Below are positions 10,862 to 23,938 of a stretch of DNA of 57,357 bases, one piece after another (within the stretch, counting starts at the first letter, position 1; every line of letters starts with the position of its first letter). The DNA comes from Nemertoderma westbladi. Its lineage: Eukaryota; Animalia; Xenacoelomorpha. A model generated the notes under the pieces. It was not told where the DNA came from. It saw only the letters and a program-made list of their open reading frames with translations, and did not search any database. Made by a program: the position numbers and the translations under genes. The DNA lies in the NCBI GenBank assembly GCA_032718475.1, contig JAUCBJ010001030.1, positions 1 to 57,357 on the forward strand, read 5' to 3'.

Positions 10862-11124
10862 ACCTGACTTCCGGATCCATCCTTTGAGCTTATGCTCATC
10901 CGGTCAGAGACTTGTTGAGGACTTTCAAAGTTAACTTCAAAGTTGGTCTTTTTGGAGTTAATAAAAAGACAAACACTAGAAGCAGCCTGTTCTAATGAGC
11001 TGAGGAGCCGTTGGGCTCCCTCTAGTGATTCTGAGAGTACTCCTAAGTCATCAGCAAAGTCAGGATTAGTTAGGTACTTGGCAGGATTTCCTCGACTTCT
11101 GGAGCCAGTAGGTGGAGTTACCAT
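10862..11124 (-). mobile_element. Internal fragment of the RTE-type LINE
   Basis: Near-copy of about 922-1232 (TPPTGSRSRGNPAKYLT...DFADDLGV) with small deletions. Confidence 0.92.
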
Positions 11125-11869
11125 CTGTTAGTTACCAATTACCAGGTGGGGTGCATGTCGCAGTAAAGTGCACTCAGAGTGGACATGAGAACACTCTACT
11201 CCTGACCAGCCATTTATAGATCACATTTGTACTGTACCATTGGTAGAGGCAGGTCTGCCTGGCCAGGCCATATACCCCTGCAGCCAAGTATATAGGTCCT
11301 TAATCCAGGACCAAGGGCGTCCTTATCCCAGAACGAAGGGGGTCCTAGTTACAGGACCAAATTTGCCCTAGTAAGATGGTCTATGCAGCCACAGACTGGC
11401 TAGGCTAGGCTAGACTATGCCCCGACCTTTTGGATGTCAATATATCCATACAAAAAGCATTAGTAGTGATTAGATTAGCTTACGGTATTACCAATAATTG
11501 CTTTGCTACAGACCAGTGATTCCGTTTACGATGTCTTTCCCTACTACAATAATATTTACAGAATTAATAATATTTTTTTGCATTAAATATTATTGCACCA
11601 TTCCCTGCCACTGCAATGAGTGTCTCATCATTAATTACACATTTATCACCACTATCCTCTACATACCTACTGCAACTTCGTTTCGTACATTCGTACCCAC
11701 GCCATTTTGTAGACTGTAGTACGAGCTGCTGGGCGAACCGCTAACGGCCAAGTACTGTTGTAGGGTTGAGCACAATGGCAGCTTATGATGGTATTGACAG
11801 ATGGGAGGCCATGAGGAGGTAAATTGCGGACATACAAGGTATCAGGTAGTATTTATTTTACTTTTATCT

Positions 11870-11935
11870 GAGCCGCTAGCTGAATGGTTAGACTTCCAAC
11901 CCAGAGGTCACCAGTTCGATCCCACCTGGACGTCA
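11870..11935 (+). mobile_element. tRNA-derived SINE head / tRNA pseudogene
   Basis: A-box-like tagctgaatgg and B-box gttcgatccc; no complete cloverleaf. Confidence 0.55.
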
Positions 11936-12236
11936 TTGTCGACTTTGCTAAAGATTATGCTTAACAGAAAGTTGGAATAATATGAAACCACTCATTCACC
12001 CATTACACCAATAATAAATTATAAAGGATAGTAAATACAAAATCTTACTTACCCACAGTACATGAGACTAGTGCTACGTGAGATATTTCAACAAAAAATA
12101 AAAAAGCTTAGATTCGCTTTGCTATTGGTTTACAGGTTTTGGTTAGCCTCCCCCTTATTGGCTTAGATAAATCCAGCCACAGATTATGCTGCATTGAGGT
12201 GGCAAGTTTTCTTGATCAATGACATAGAATTCATAG

Positions 12237-12294
12237 ACAGCATTCTTAAAAATGCATCTGCAATGCAGCATGCCGATCCTATGTAGTAGTAGTA
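12237..12294 (+). mobile_element. Extreme 3' end of the RTE-type LINE
   Basis: acagcattcttaaaaatgcatctgcaatgcagcatgccgatcct followed by (gta)n matches the reverse complement of 347-398. Confidence 0.85.
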
Positions 12295-12295
12295 A

Positions 12296-13241
12296 TTGGA
12301 TCTCCCTCCAACAACAGAATCTATAAATGGTTACATTTTGCGATGTCTCTACATAATAAATAAGATTGCATCATTATGCAATGACTCCGTGATAAATCGA
12401 AGTTTATTCGATTTTGGTTGGAATACTGTTGCAAATGGAATGTTGTTGCCCAATAAATACCTTTCACCAATTCCTGATTACACTAGTAAACACATGTGCC
12501 TGTCAGAAAGACTGCTTGACGCAGTGATGTTCTTGTAGGCGTAACGGTGTTATGTGCACTGAATACTGTCGGAATAGAGATTCTTGTCACAATTTAATTC
12601 CATAGTTAAGAATGTTATAATTGTGATTAATTTACTTAGTGTAAACAGCTAACAGATATTAAAGACACTTTATTATCAATTCTAACGCGTTGCCATGGCA
12701 TCTAGAAAGTAAAACATTACATATTTTTCCTTATACTCGATATAGTGAGGGTAGAGGTTGATTTTAAAACGCTGCGGCTAATATGTAGATTGTTTTTAGT
12801 CAAGGTTACTCGTTGCCATGGCAACTAGAAACTGAAAAATAATTCATATTGTTCCTTATACGTGATATAATTCTGGTAGACTCTGATTCTATGATGATAC
12901 GACCACTGAATACGCATTACAAAGCCCGTTGCTATGGACATGGTCAATATTGCTATCTTTGAAGGTCGTTTTCGTCTGGTTGCTATGGCATTTTGAAAAA
13001 ACGAAATATGCCATTAAATTCTTCATATCCAAAATATTAATCTGCTATAAATGTTATATCGTCATATCTACTATAAGAGCTGTTGCTATGGTAATTTTCT
13101 CCGTTGCTATGTTTAAGACCCCCTATTTGGTGAAGTCTACCCAAATTTTTTTAAATGTCCCAAGTCTGCACTAAACTTCTATGTAGGGTAGCCGAGTCAT
13201 ATATAAAATTCCTACGGGGTCATAGGCTGGAGCCTGTACTA
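12296..13241 (+). mobile_element. Right-end remnant of an Academ-like DNA transposon (decayed Cys-rich C-terminus plus terminus)
   Basis: LPPT...GW...P followed after a frameshift by CACQKDC...CSCRRNGVMCTEYC...CHN. There are repeated gttgc(c/t)atgg subterminal motifs, and the end is agcctgtacta (TAG terminus on the reverse strand). Confidence 0.65.
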
Positions 13242-14394
13242 TTGACATAAATAGTTATTTACAAATTTGGAATCCTTTCAACGACACTTTTCAATTGGTA
13301 TCAAGAAATCACAAGAAGGACGAAGAATAATTTCGGTGCGACTGGTGTAATGTTTAATACTTATTAAACAATAATATCTTTTAATAATTATAATACAGTA
13401 ATTTATCAATCACAATCTCAATCACTGCATGGGCAGCAAACTGTTCAAGTTAGTAACGAAAAACAACGCCACCTACCATCACACTATTGCGCTGATTGGT
13501 TAGTATAGAACTGTATGTCCACGTTTTATCTCAATCTACTGTAGCGTCGGTCGCATAAACACCTGCAACGGTTTACGATATGTGATATTTTTACGATATA
13601 TTTGTGGAACACTTGAAAATATTCTTAAGCAGTAGCGGCAATGATGCTTGAAAATATATACAACAAATTATTTCAAAGTCAATGACACTAACTATGTATT
13701 TCAACAAGGCACACAAATAACTACTATATTTACTAAATGGAAAACAAGTGGTACTTTTTTCCAGCCCCTACCCCGAGATGTATAAGTTTATTTTTCTCAC
13801 ATCGGGAGAAAAATTGCAATTTCCTGAAACTAAATCTGAAGAGTGGGATAGAAAGGCAATATTAAGAATAACTATTTATATCACGCTGCATAAAGTACCA
13901 CTTTATAGAAAAACAGTTGGTTGGTACTTGATTATTTATACGTAATTTTATTCAAAAATTGCAATGTTTATTTTTGAGTGATAAATGTTCATTCATCACT
14001 TCGGCACATCGCAGATCGCCCGAAACACAGGAGACGACAACTACAACTGGAATTCCGAACCAACCAACAGTCTACTGGGACTGAGATTGCTTCTACCCAT
14101 CGTTTGAACTTCTTCTATAGGTTAAACCAAAAGTAAACAGGACGCCGACTTCCGCTCGTAGGAATCGTTGACTCGATGATTCGTGGACACTTTTGGAGAC
14201 GCTATCCGAACTTTTACCAGATTCCGCAGTTCCGGGTTACTATGTTGACAACATCCATGACGCTTGCCAGAAATTGATCACTCTTCTCCTCCTGGAGGTT
14301 TGACTTTGGAAAATTAATCTGAAAAACATTATAGATAAATACATTAAAGATACAATAAATGAAACATAATAAAGATATAAAGAATGCAGTCTAT

Positions 14395-17210
14395 CTTACC
14401 CAAACGCCACCCAAACGGCATTCTACCTTACCCAAACGCCATTCTAACATACCCAAACGGCATTCCAACATACCCAAACGCCACCCAAACGCTATTCTAA
14501 CATACCCAAACACCACTCAAACGGCATTCTAACATACCCAAACGCCACCCAAACGGCATTCTACCTTACCCAAACGCCATTCTAACATACCCAAACGCCA
14601 CCCAAACGGCATTCCAACATACCCAAACGCCACCCAAGCGCTATTCTAACATACCCAAACACCACTCAAACGGCATTCTAACATACCCAAACGCCACCCA
14701 AACGGCATTCTACTTTACCCAAACGCCACCAAAACGGCATTCAAACATACCCAAACGCACACCCAAACGGCATTCTAACATACCCAAACGCCACCCAAAC
14801 GGCATTCCAACATACCCAAACGCCACCCAAACGCTATTCTAACATACCCAAACACCACTCAAACGGCATTCTAACATACCCAAACGCCACCCAAACGGCA
14901 TTCTACTTTACCCAAACGCCACCAAAACGGCATTCAAACATACCCAAACGCACACCCAAACGGCATTCTAACATACCCAAACGCCACCCAAACGGCATTC
15001 CAACATACCCAAACGCCACCCTAACGCTATTCTAACATACCCAAACACCACTCAAACGGCATTCTAACATACCCAAACGCCACCCAAACGGCATTCTACC
15101 TTACCCAAACGCCATTCTAACATACCCAAACGCCACCCAAACGCTATTCTAACATACCCAAACACCACTCAAACGGCATTCTAACATACCCAAACGCCAC
15201 CCAAACGGCATTCTACTTTACCAAAACGCCACTCAAACGGCATTCAAACATACCCAAACGCACACCCAAACGGCATTCTAACATACCCAAACGCCACCCA
15301 AACGGCATTCTAACATACCCAAACGCCACTCAAACGGCATTCTACCTTACCCAAACGCCACTCAAACGGCATTCTAACATACCCAAACGCCACTCAAACG
15401 GCATTCTAACATACCCAAACGCCACTCAAACGGCATTCTACCTTACCCAAACGCCACTCAAACGGCATTCAAACATACCCAAACGCACACCCAAACGGCA
15501 TTCTAACATACCCAAATGCCACCAAAACGGCATTCAACCTTACCCAAACGGCATTCTAACATACCCAAACGCCAGCCAAACGGCATTCTAACATACTCAA
15601 ACACCACCCAAACGGCATTATAACATACCCAAACGCCACCCAAACGGCATTCTAACATACTCAAACGCCACCCAAACAGCATTCTACCTTACCCAAACGC
15701 CACTCAAACGGCATTCTAACATACACAAACGCCACCCAAACGGCATTCTAACATACCCAAACGCCACCCAAACGGCATTCTAACATACCCAAACGACACT
15801 CAAACGGCATTCTACCTTACCCAAACGCCACTCAAACGGCATTCTAACATACCCAAACGCCACTCAAACGGCATTCTAACATACCCAAACGCAACTCAAA
15901 CGGCATTCTACCTTACCCAAACGCCACTCAAACGGCATTCAAACATACCCAAACGCACACCCAAACGGCATTCTAACATACCCAAATGCCACCAAAACGG
16001 CATTCAACCTTACCCAAACGCCAGTCAAACGGCATTCTAACATACCCAAACGCGATCCTAACATACCCAAACGCCACTCAAACGGCATTCTACCTTACCC
16101 AAACGCCACTCAAACGGCATTCTAACATACCCAAACGCCACTCAAACGGCATTCTAACATACCCAAACGCCACTCAAACGGCATTCTACCTTACCCAAAC
16201 GCCACTCAAACGGCATTCAAACATACCCAAACGCACACCCAAACGGCATTCTAACATACCCAAATGCCACCAAAACGGCATTCAACCTTACCCAAACGCC
16301 AGTCAAACGGCATTCTAACATACCCAAACGCGATCCTAACATACCCAAACGCCACCCAAACGGCATTCTAACATACTCAAACACCACCCAACGGCATTAT
16401 AACATACCCAAACGGCATACTAACATACCCAAACGCCACCCAAACGGCATTCTAACATACCCAAACGCCACCCAAACGGCATTCTAACATACCCAAACGC
16501 CACTCAAACGGCATTCTACCTCACCCAAACGCCATTCTATCATACCCAAACGCCACCAAACGGCATTCTAACATACCCAAACGGCATTCTACCTTACCCA
16601 AACGCCACTCAAACGGCATTCTAACATAGCCAAACGCCACCCAAACGGCATTCAACCTTACCCAAACGCCACTCAAACGGCATTCTAACATACCCAAACG
16701 GCATTCTAACATACCCAAACGCCACCCAAACGGCATTCTAACATACCCAAACGCCACCCAAACAGCATTCTAACATACCCAAACGCCACCCAAACGGCAT
16801 TCTAACATACCCAAACGCCACTCAAACGGCATTATAACATAACCAAACGCCACCCAAACGGCATTCTAACATACCCAAACGGCATTCTACCTTACCCAAA
16901 CGCCACTCAAACGGCATTCTAACATACCCAAACGCCACCCAAACGGCATTCTAACATACCCAAACGCCACCCAAACGGCATTCTAACATACTCAAACGCT
17001 ACCCAAACGGCATTCTAACATACCCAAACGCCACCCAAACGGCATTCTAACATACCCAAACGGCATTCTAACATACTCAAACGCTACCCAAACGGCATTA
17101 TAACATACCCAAACGCCACCCAAACGGAATTCTACCTTACCCAAACGCCACTCAAACAAACGGCATTCTAACATACCCAAACGCCACCCAAACGGCATTC
17201 TAACATACTT
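14395..17210 (-). repeat. 32-bp satellite in the right arm (inverted)
   Basis: Unit aaacgccacccaaacggcattctaacataccc, roughly 88 copies. Confidence 0.97.
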
Positions 17211-17535
17211 ATACGCCAGCATGTTTACAGTCAGACAGTAAGCTATTCTACATACCAATCTGCTGGTACCGTATTTCAGTATTCTGGTATTTGGTAGGTA
17301 CCGGTTAATTTCACCGTTTACCTATTGACTCAACTGATTTAGGATGCCAGGGAGTACCCTATAGGAGGGTAATTTTCATCCGGCAGTTCAATTTTAATGC
17401 CGTTTGGGTACCATTGGGTGCCGTTTGGGTGCCGATTGGGTGCGTTTGGGTGCCGTTTGGGTGCGTTTGGGTGCCGATTGGGTGCGTTTGGGTAATTAGT
17501 CATACCGGTTGTAGCTACAATAATTGCCGAAATGC

Positions 17536-17566
17536 ATCGGATCGGATCGGATCGGATCGGATCGGA
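17536..17566. repeat. (ATCGG)n microsatellite
   Basis: About 6 perfect pentamers. Confidence 0.9.
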
Positions 17567-18099
17567 CGGCATCTGACTATAAATGCACCCTAAGATGGTC
17601 CGGTACCGGCTGACCGGTAACTCAACTACCTGACTACAGACCTCCATCCTGACGTACCGGTATCGGTATGTAGTACAGTAGTATGTACGTTGCTGCTGAT
17701 AACTGTACACGTACGTCTGTACGTACAGTGCAGCAGTGTTCCAGGCACCAGGCAGCCAGGTGGCTGGATCAGCGTCAGTGGGTGCGGGTGCGGGTGGTCT
17801 CTACAGCTCTGGCTCTGGCAGTCTGGTCAGCAGGTGGTCACAGACAGGCAGTCAGGTGGTTATCGGGTTATGGTTTGCGTTATGCTTTTATGGCAGTATG
17901 GGACTGTCTGAACTAATATGACAATGAAACCTGACGGACTCATTCTTTCAAACAATTTTGTCAGTTTGTATCATACACATACTGTCATAGTGTAGGCCTA
18001 TCTATAAAATATAATCTTGACCAGTTGACCAAATGTGGCCCCATATAATTTATCTAATCATTTACCAACCAGGTCAATCTAATCAATCAATATACAAAT

Positions 18100-18251
18100 A
18101 CAGAAATACTACAAAAACCTAGCGAAATACTACAAAAACCTAGCGAAAACCTTCAAAAACCGGCAAAAACCTTCCAAAAACCTACAAAAACCTTGCAAAA
18201 ACCTAAAACCTAAAAAATTTTCTGAAAAACCTATGGTTTTTGCCAGCCCTG
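18100..18251. mobile_element. Solo end of a hAT-like element
   Basis: Ends ggtttttgccagccctg (CAGGGCTGGCAAAAACC on the reverse strand) with many aaaaacct subterminal repeats. Confidence 0.55.
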
Positions 18252-20740
18252 CGCGGTAACGTCAACGTCTGAACGTAACATTAGAAACACCTGACTGAAG
18301 ACGTTATGTTGGCTATGGTCTGATGGTATTATGAGTAAAGTCTACGAACTGACGAATGTAATGTAGCCTACCGGTCAGCGGTCCCTGGGTCCCGCGGTCC
18401 GGTCCCTGGGAATATCATGAATATCACCCTACGTATTCCATATTCAGATATTCCAGTATTCTGCCAGATACCGGCAGCTATCAGACTATAGACAGATAGA
18501 AGCGCCACTTTTTCTCACTGTCAGACTGTCGTGGGCACTGGGCAGGTGGGACGGAAGTTAATAAAGCACTACCGGTAGACCTATCTGACTATAACAGCAA
18601 CAGTACTGCAGTATAAAGCAATAATTGAACTGAAGCTGTAAAACTCATGAGGTTCAAGTTCAACTACCCAGTGCTGCAGTGCCGGTACTGCAGTACTGGC
18701 GGTCCGGTACTACCGGTACTACCTACCTACCTCACTACCTGTACTCTCAAAAAAATAAAAAAGTCGGCCCATACACATCTGCTATAGCCATACAGCCATA
18801 CGCCTGTACGTTTTAGGGCCAAGCAGTCTGGCAGTCGGCTGCACGGCCTGTCATCTAGTAGGCCTTGACACTTGGCTGCTCGCAGGCTTGGTAGTCCTTG
18901 CTATCTGCAGATCTGCCTCGTGCCTAGGCCTATACTGCTATACAATCTTTCATTTAGGCCTACAGTGCAGCAGTGCGAGTGCAGTAGCATAGTAGGCCAT
19001 GCAGCCATGGCAGTACTGCAGTAAAAGTGTGAGTGTGATAGTTCAGTAGTGTTGTGAAAGTACAGTAGGCCTAGTTCATTTCGGTCGCTTGCTGAAATTC
19101 TCTAAAATTTTGTTGGAAGTTAACTGCGAAGTTGCCTGTTCAGTGTTCACATTAGCCAATCATATAGTCGAGTGCTTTCTTGTTCCAGCTCCATACAGCC
19201 TTAGACTGGCTTTCTGGGTTTAAGTGTCTGGGTATTGTAAACTGTTGAAATAACAGAAGAAGGTCTTATCTAATTTATTGAATGGGAGGATCTTTTTTAT
19301 TATAATTTTAATATATATATTTAATATATTTTTTAATATATACTAATAATAATTCAATTGAAAGTGAATTTCATTTTTTACTGGTATGCAATCAGTATAA
19401 TATTCTACGCAGTAAATATCTTGGTAGTAGGTATGTAACGGCGCCAACTTTAAGTTTGTAGAGTTAATGGGTGCTAATAATGCGGTTACAGTATTAAATC
19501 TCGCCCGGTATATTTTTCACGCATTTAAAGCTAGAGAGAGCCTATTGTAGTGAGGTTGGTGTTCTCTCCGAACAATTTTAATTTATCTACGGTGACTTAT
19601 TTTTGATGCGATTTATTTTGTGCATATGCTACTTATTACGTATCTAACAAATATCTTTGTGCAACTATTTGAATTTGGTATTCTTTCAGCAGGGGCACTA
19701 AGCTGCCTAAGTCTGATGAATAATAATGTAATTATAATATATATTACAGTATATTTATTTTGTATTCATATTTGTATATTTATGCGGATGAGATACGTGA
19801 CGCTGCAAAGATTATCTGAACTTAAATATTTTATTCGCATTTGAATGACGCGTTTTTTATTTCGATTCCACCTTGTCTATGTGATAATTTTGAATGCTTT
19901 TCCTGGAAATGTGCATAAGTATGAGACGTTTTATAGTGTTTGTTGCATTGGAATGACAGGGAATGAAGATGTTGTAAATACTCGCCTATGATTGGATTGT
20001 CTAACCGTCTTCCAGCATAATCTTACAGCAAACGGCCGACATGAAATATGTACTGTAATTTTACTGAGCCATCTAGACATACAGTTTTATGAATTACATA
20101 AAGTTTTATACGAACCAAAGACTACTGAAACAGCTTCAGTAGTCCTTGATACGTACCAACAAGCAGACTTCAGGACTTTCATAGTATCAGTTAAGGAAAT
20201 AACGAATGAGTTATGAAACTGAGGAGCTTCATTCAGTAATTGGTGGATGTAAATCTATTTGATACAAGTGGACGTTGGAAAGAGCTCCAGTTTTATAACT
20301 AATTCTTTACATACTTAACTGATCTAGACATACAGTACTGTACGGTAGCAGTTAGGCATACTATACACCAAGTGGGGCCTTCGTGCAGCACGTTATGAAC
20401 TTATGTTAAGTGCCAACTGGAAAGAATTATAAAAAAATCTAATTAGATGTCCCCTAATAACTTTACCATCATCTAGATGCACACTGGATAACTGCAGTTG
20501 ATTTAAGACCTCACAAAAAGTAAGTATGGGGTCTAGAATATATGTGCCAGGTATTAAACAGGAAGAAAGGATTATAAGCAATAATAAAAAGAGGCTGAAC
20601 GGAAGGTTTTTCATTTTAGACATTTCTAAAAAAATGTAATTTCAGCCCAATAGCGGCGTCAACTATCAAAGATGTGCCGAGGTATTACAGTCCCAAGAAA
20701 GACACAGCCTATACAGTATGGATGGTCTATGATCTAGTAT

Positions 20741-20900
20741 ACTACTACTACTAGGTCGAGCGAACTCGGACAGTGGAAATGAGATCCTTCCAGGCTTCCC
20801 GATTCTCCATAGTTGTCGCTATTTAGTTTCTCCCAAGTTCAGTATCCCTTTCAAGTTGATCTATATATGTTATGGCCGGTCGTCCACGACTACGATTTCC
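20741..20900 (-). mobile_element. 3' fragment of a second RTE-type LINE family
   Basis: The minus strand reads GNRSRGRPAITYIDQLERDT...MENREAW...RVRST* followed by a (TAG)n tail. Confidence 0.75.
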
Positions 20901-22241
20901 CACTACCTTCTTGATATGTCTACAGTGGCTCCAGTCTCCAGTTGGTCCCGCTGCCCGCAGGATCTAACAACACAGGAATTAACTAAGGTCCAAAGGGCCA
21001 AATTATTACTATTAATTATTATCTGTACATCTATCTATAAGGAGGCAAATTCAAATCGTGAATTACTGAATAATAAAAGTAAAATAGGCCTTTATCCTAA
21101 CGGTACTGCGGGAGGCCTACAATCTTGTCCTGCCTCGAGATTGGCTAACAATGCAATTGGCTATCGGCTGATCGGCTATAGCCTATAGCAGTATAGCGCA
21201 GTTAAGAATAACCGCTAAAAGCATGCAGTACTGATGTACTGTACGGTAGCTGAATAGGTTTGATTGTTGATATATTCAGATATTGATGTTGATATCTGTA
21301 TATTGCAGTATTGATACATCAGTCAGTCTCTCAGTCAGTACATGTAATGTGTTTTATTGCATACCGGTATTGGGCTGTTGGGTGTGCGTGTGTCTGTGTG
21401 TGGTGTGAGCTGTACAAATTGTAGGATTGTATGTGTCGCTTTCTGGCTTTAGCATGCCGCTACAATTTCCTTTCCTTCCGCCTGCCACCTGCACTGCCTT
21501 CGCACCGACTGACCGATGCTGCCCTCCTGCTCCTCTGCCTGACTACCGGTGACAGGGTGAGGCTACACCGTCAACACTGACATAGAATAATCAGACATAA
21601 TACTTCTACCGGTCTGCCGGTACTTACCAGCTACCACCAATCTCTATCAGTCTATATTATTATAATATTGCATACTATCTTACTATTGGACTATAGTGGA
21701 TGCATAATCCAGTAATCTGTATTGCTGTATAACACTATAACAGTATAGCAGTATAGGCACTAGACTGCTCGTGGCTAGTCGGCAGATCCAGTTGATCCAG
21801 ATACCAGACCAGATACTGAGGGATATTAATACTGTGATACTGGCTACTTCACTCAGTCACTTAAAAGTCCAGTACCATGCAAACTGGTAACTATGACTAT
21901 GAACTAGAACTACTGAAACTGCTGTACTGAACTAGCAGCCAACTGCTACTGTTAATCATATCAAACATATTAACCTGTTAACTGTTAATCAAACATATTC
22001 AACATACTTACATAGTAAAAGATGAATGTGTCACGTATATTATTGTCATTTTAGAAATCTGCAAATCGCGGGGTTATTACATTAGCGTACCGGTATACAC
22101 CCTCATATATACTGTAATTAATAAAGTTGATGTAAGTAGGAGTACTATTGTTTCCATTGTCTAATTGTGCTAACTATCATCAGTGTAGGCCTATATTTTA
22201 CTGTATTTTAATATGTACCTCTGTCATGGAATAAATATAAT

Positions 22242-23040
22242 AGGGTAAGCTGGGGTGAAGGGAGCTAGGGGTAAAATGCAGCCCTATTTTTAATTTTGTT
22301 TTTTTTAATATATAAATTTTTGTTATTTTAATTCTCAAAATCATTACAATGTCTACAAATATCCTAGCTTTGATCTAATAAACGAAATAAATTATGACAG
22401 TTTGAAATTTCGAATCAATCAACATTTTTACAAAATATGAAAAAAAAAGTTGAAAATTAGCTTGTTAGCTGTTTTAGCTGTTAGGGCCTAAGTGGGTCTA
22501 ATAAATAAACATACAAATCAGAACTGTTAGGCCTACAATTTCCACTACTAGGCTGTGGTGTGCTGTGTATTCATTCAGGTTTATTGTTTGTAGTAGCATG
22601 CTGTGCAGAAGTAAGTTTTTTTTTTATAATTGGAAGCACTGAATTTGTTTGGATTCCATTGTGTGTATGTATGACCCGAGATAATTGGTATATCAGTATA
22701 TCAGTCAGTAAGTATATGTTTATCTGATGATTTTTTTAAAACATAAAAATGGTTCACTTTACCCCAGGAAAATTACTGATTGGGGTAAAATGGTTTTGGA
22801 CCTAATTTGAGAGAAAGCTCACTTTACCCCATGAGTGGGGTAAAGTGAGCTACTTGTGTACTCTAAACAAAAGATATAATTTTCCTATTTAATATGCAAA
22901 TTATGTTTTAATTTATTTGAGATGGTTTAGAGCAATAATGTAGTGCACAAAGGAATGCATTGGTAATTCCTCAATGTGATATTAACTATTTTTAAAACAC
23001 GAAAAACTGCAAAAGTAGCTCACTGTTTCCAGTTTACCCT
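22242..23040. mobile_element. MITE / non-autonomous DNA transposon just upstream of MPPE1
   Basis: TIRs agggtaagctgg...gagcta / tagctc...ccagtttaccct, aat on both flanks, and internal cactttacccc repeats. Confidence 0.7.
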
Positions 23041-23221
23041 AATAATCTACATAGGCCTACACCCTACCTGCCTACAGCTATATCAGTATATCATCATGTT
23101 CAGTTGGTTGTCTTCGAAAACTACAACTCCCAACAGTCAATTTCACACTACACACACTCTGGACTCATCAGAGCCCGGATTATTTTATCTGAATTATAAA
23201 AGACTGAGAATAACGAATAAG

Positions 23222-23445
23222 ATGTCTAAACATCGCAAAAAAATAGAATTGCTTATCATATTCATTACAATAACATGTTTGATATTTTACTGCGAGTGTG
23301 GTATCTACTACTTAACCATATGGCAGTGCAATTGGCCTCTATTGGGTTCCGGTACTGTACCAGAGTCGGTTCGGCGGGTATTCTTCTTATCAGACCCACA
23401 TCTAATCGGCGAACGCAGGGGGTCGAAATTGGATCGCTTACGTAG
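23222..23445 (+). CDS. MPPE1: Metallophosphoesterase 1 (PGAP5/Cdc1 family), coding exon 1
   Basis: N-terminal hydrophobic segment, FYCE...C.WP, SDPH (DxH motif), LDRLR; donor gtgag. An upstream in-frame ATG near 23096 is also possible. Confidence 0.88.
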
Positions 23446-23829
23446 GTGAGTCTAGCCGAGTTTGGGGTCTTTCACTCTTTCAGTCCGTCGGTTACATCAC
23501 ATTGGTGATCACATGTCAGTGGTATGTAGGATCTGTTTATACTGTTAAGAATTCGACTGCGCACAATATGTTTACAGTATTATAATTTAATTATATCAAT
23601 GTCGTGGTTAATTTTGAACGTTATTAGAATTCAACATTATCAATCTCTACATGTAAACTATATGCTGATGGCTGAGCCGCTAGCATGCCGGTACCGGTAC
23701 CATATTTAAGTAAATAGCATTTTTGCTATTCACTCTTATATAAATAACTGGAGAACTCATATCATAAATAGGTAACAAACATACAGTACTAGAACTGTAA
23801 CTAAAAATATGTAACTAAATATTCCCCAG

Positions 23830-23938
23830 AGAGTGGCAGATGGGAAGAGCCTTTCAGTCAGCTCTAACTATACATAACCCCGACGCTGTGTTTATTCTGG
23901 GTGACCTTTTTGACGAGGGCCAGTTTGATAGTTCGCAG
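23830..23938 (+). CDS. MPPE1: MPPE1 exon 2
   Basis: cag acceptor; EWQMGRAFQSALTIHNPDAVFILGDLFDEG (GDxxD motif); gtaagt donor; frame consistent. Confidence 0.92.

Larger units (their letters stand above)
6093..17507. mobile_element. Foldback-like non-autonomous DNA element with very long modular inverted repeats
   Basis: Arms 6093-9470 and 13848-17507 are reverse complements (termini gggtgtgactaattaccc / gggtaattagtcataccg). The perfect direct repeat gttgtagc lies at 6085-6092 and 17508-17515. No transposase ORF of its own is visible. Confidence 0.88.

Noticed and set aside
11870-11935. Functional tRNA gene
   Set aside because: A and B boxes are present but there is no acceptor stem or complete cloverleaf. 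The same holds for the tRNA-like heads near 3400-3466 and 38015-38073.
15986-17258. ORFs in the right-arm satellite
   Set aside because: Repeat translations.
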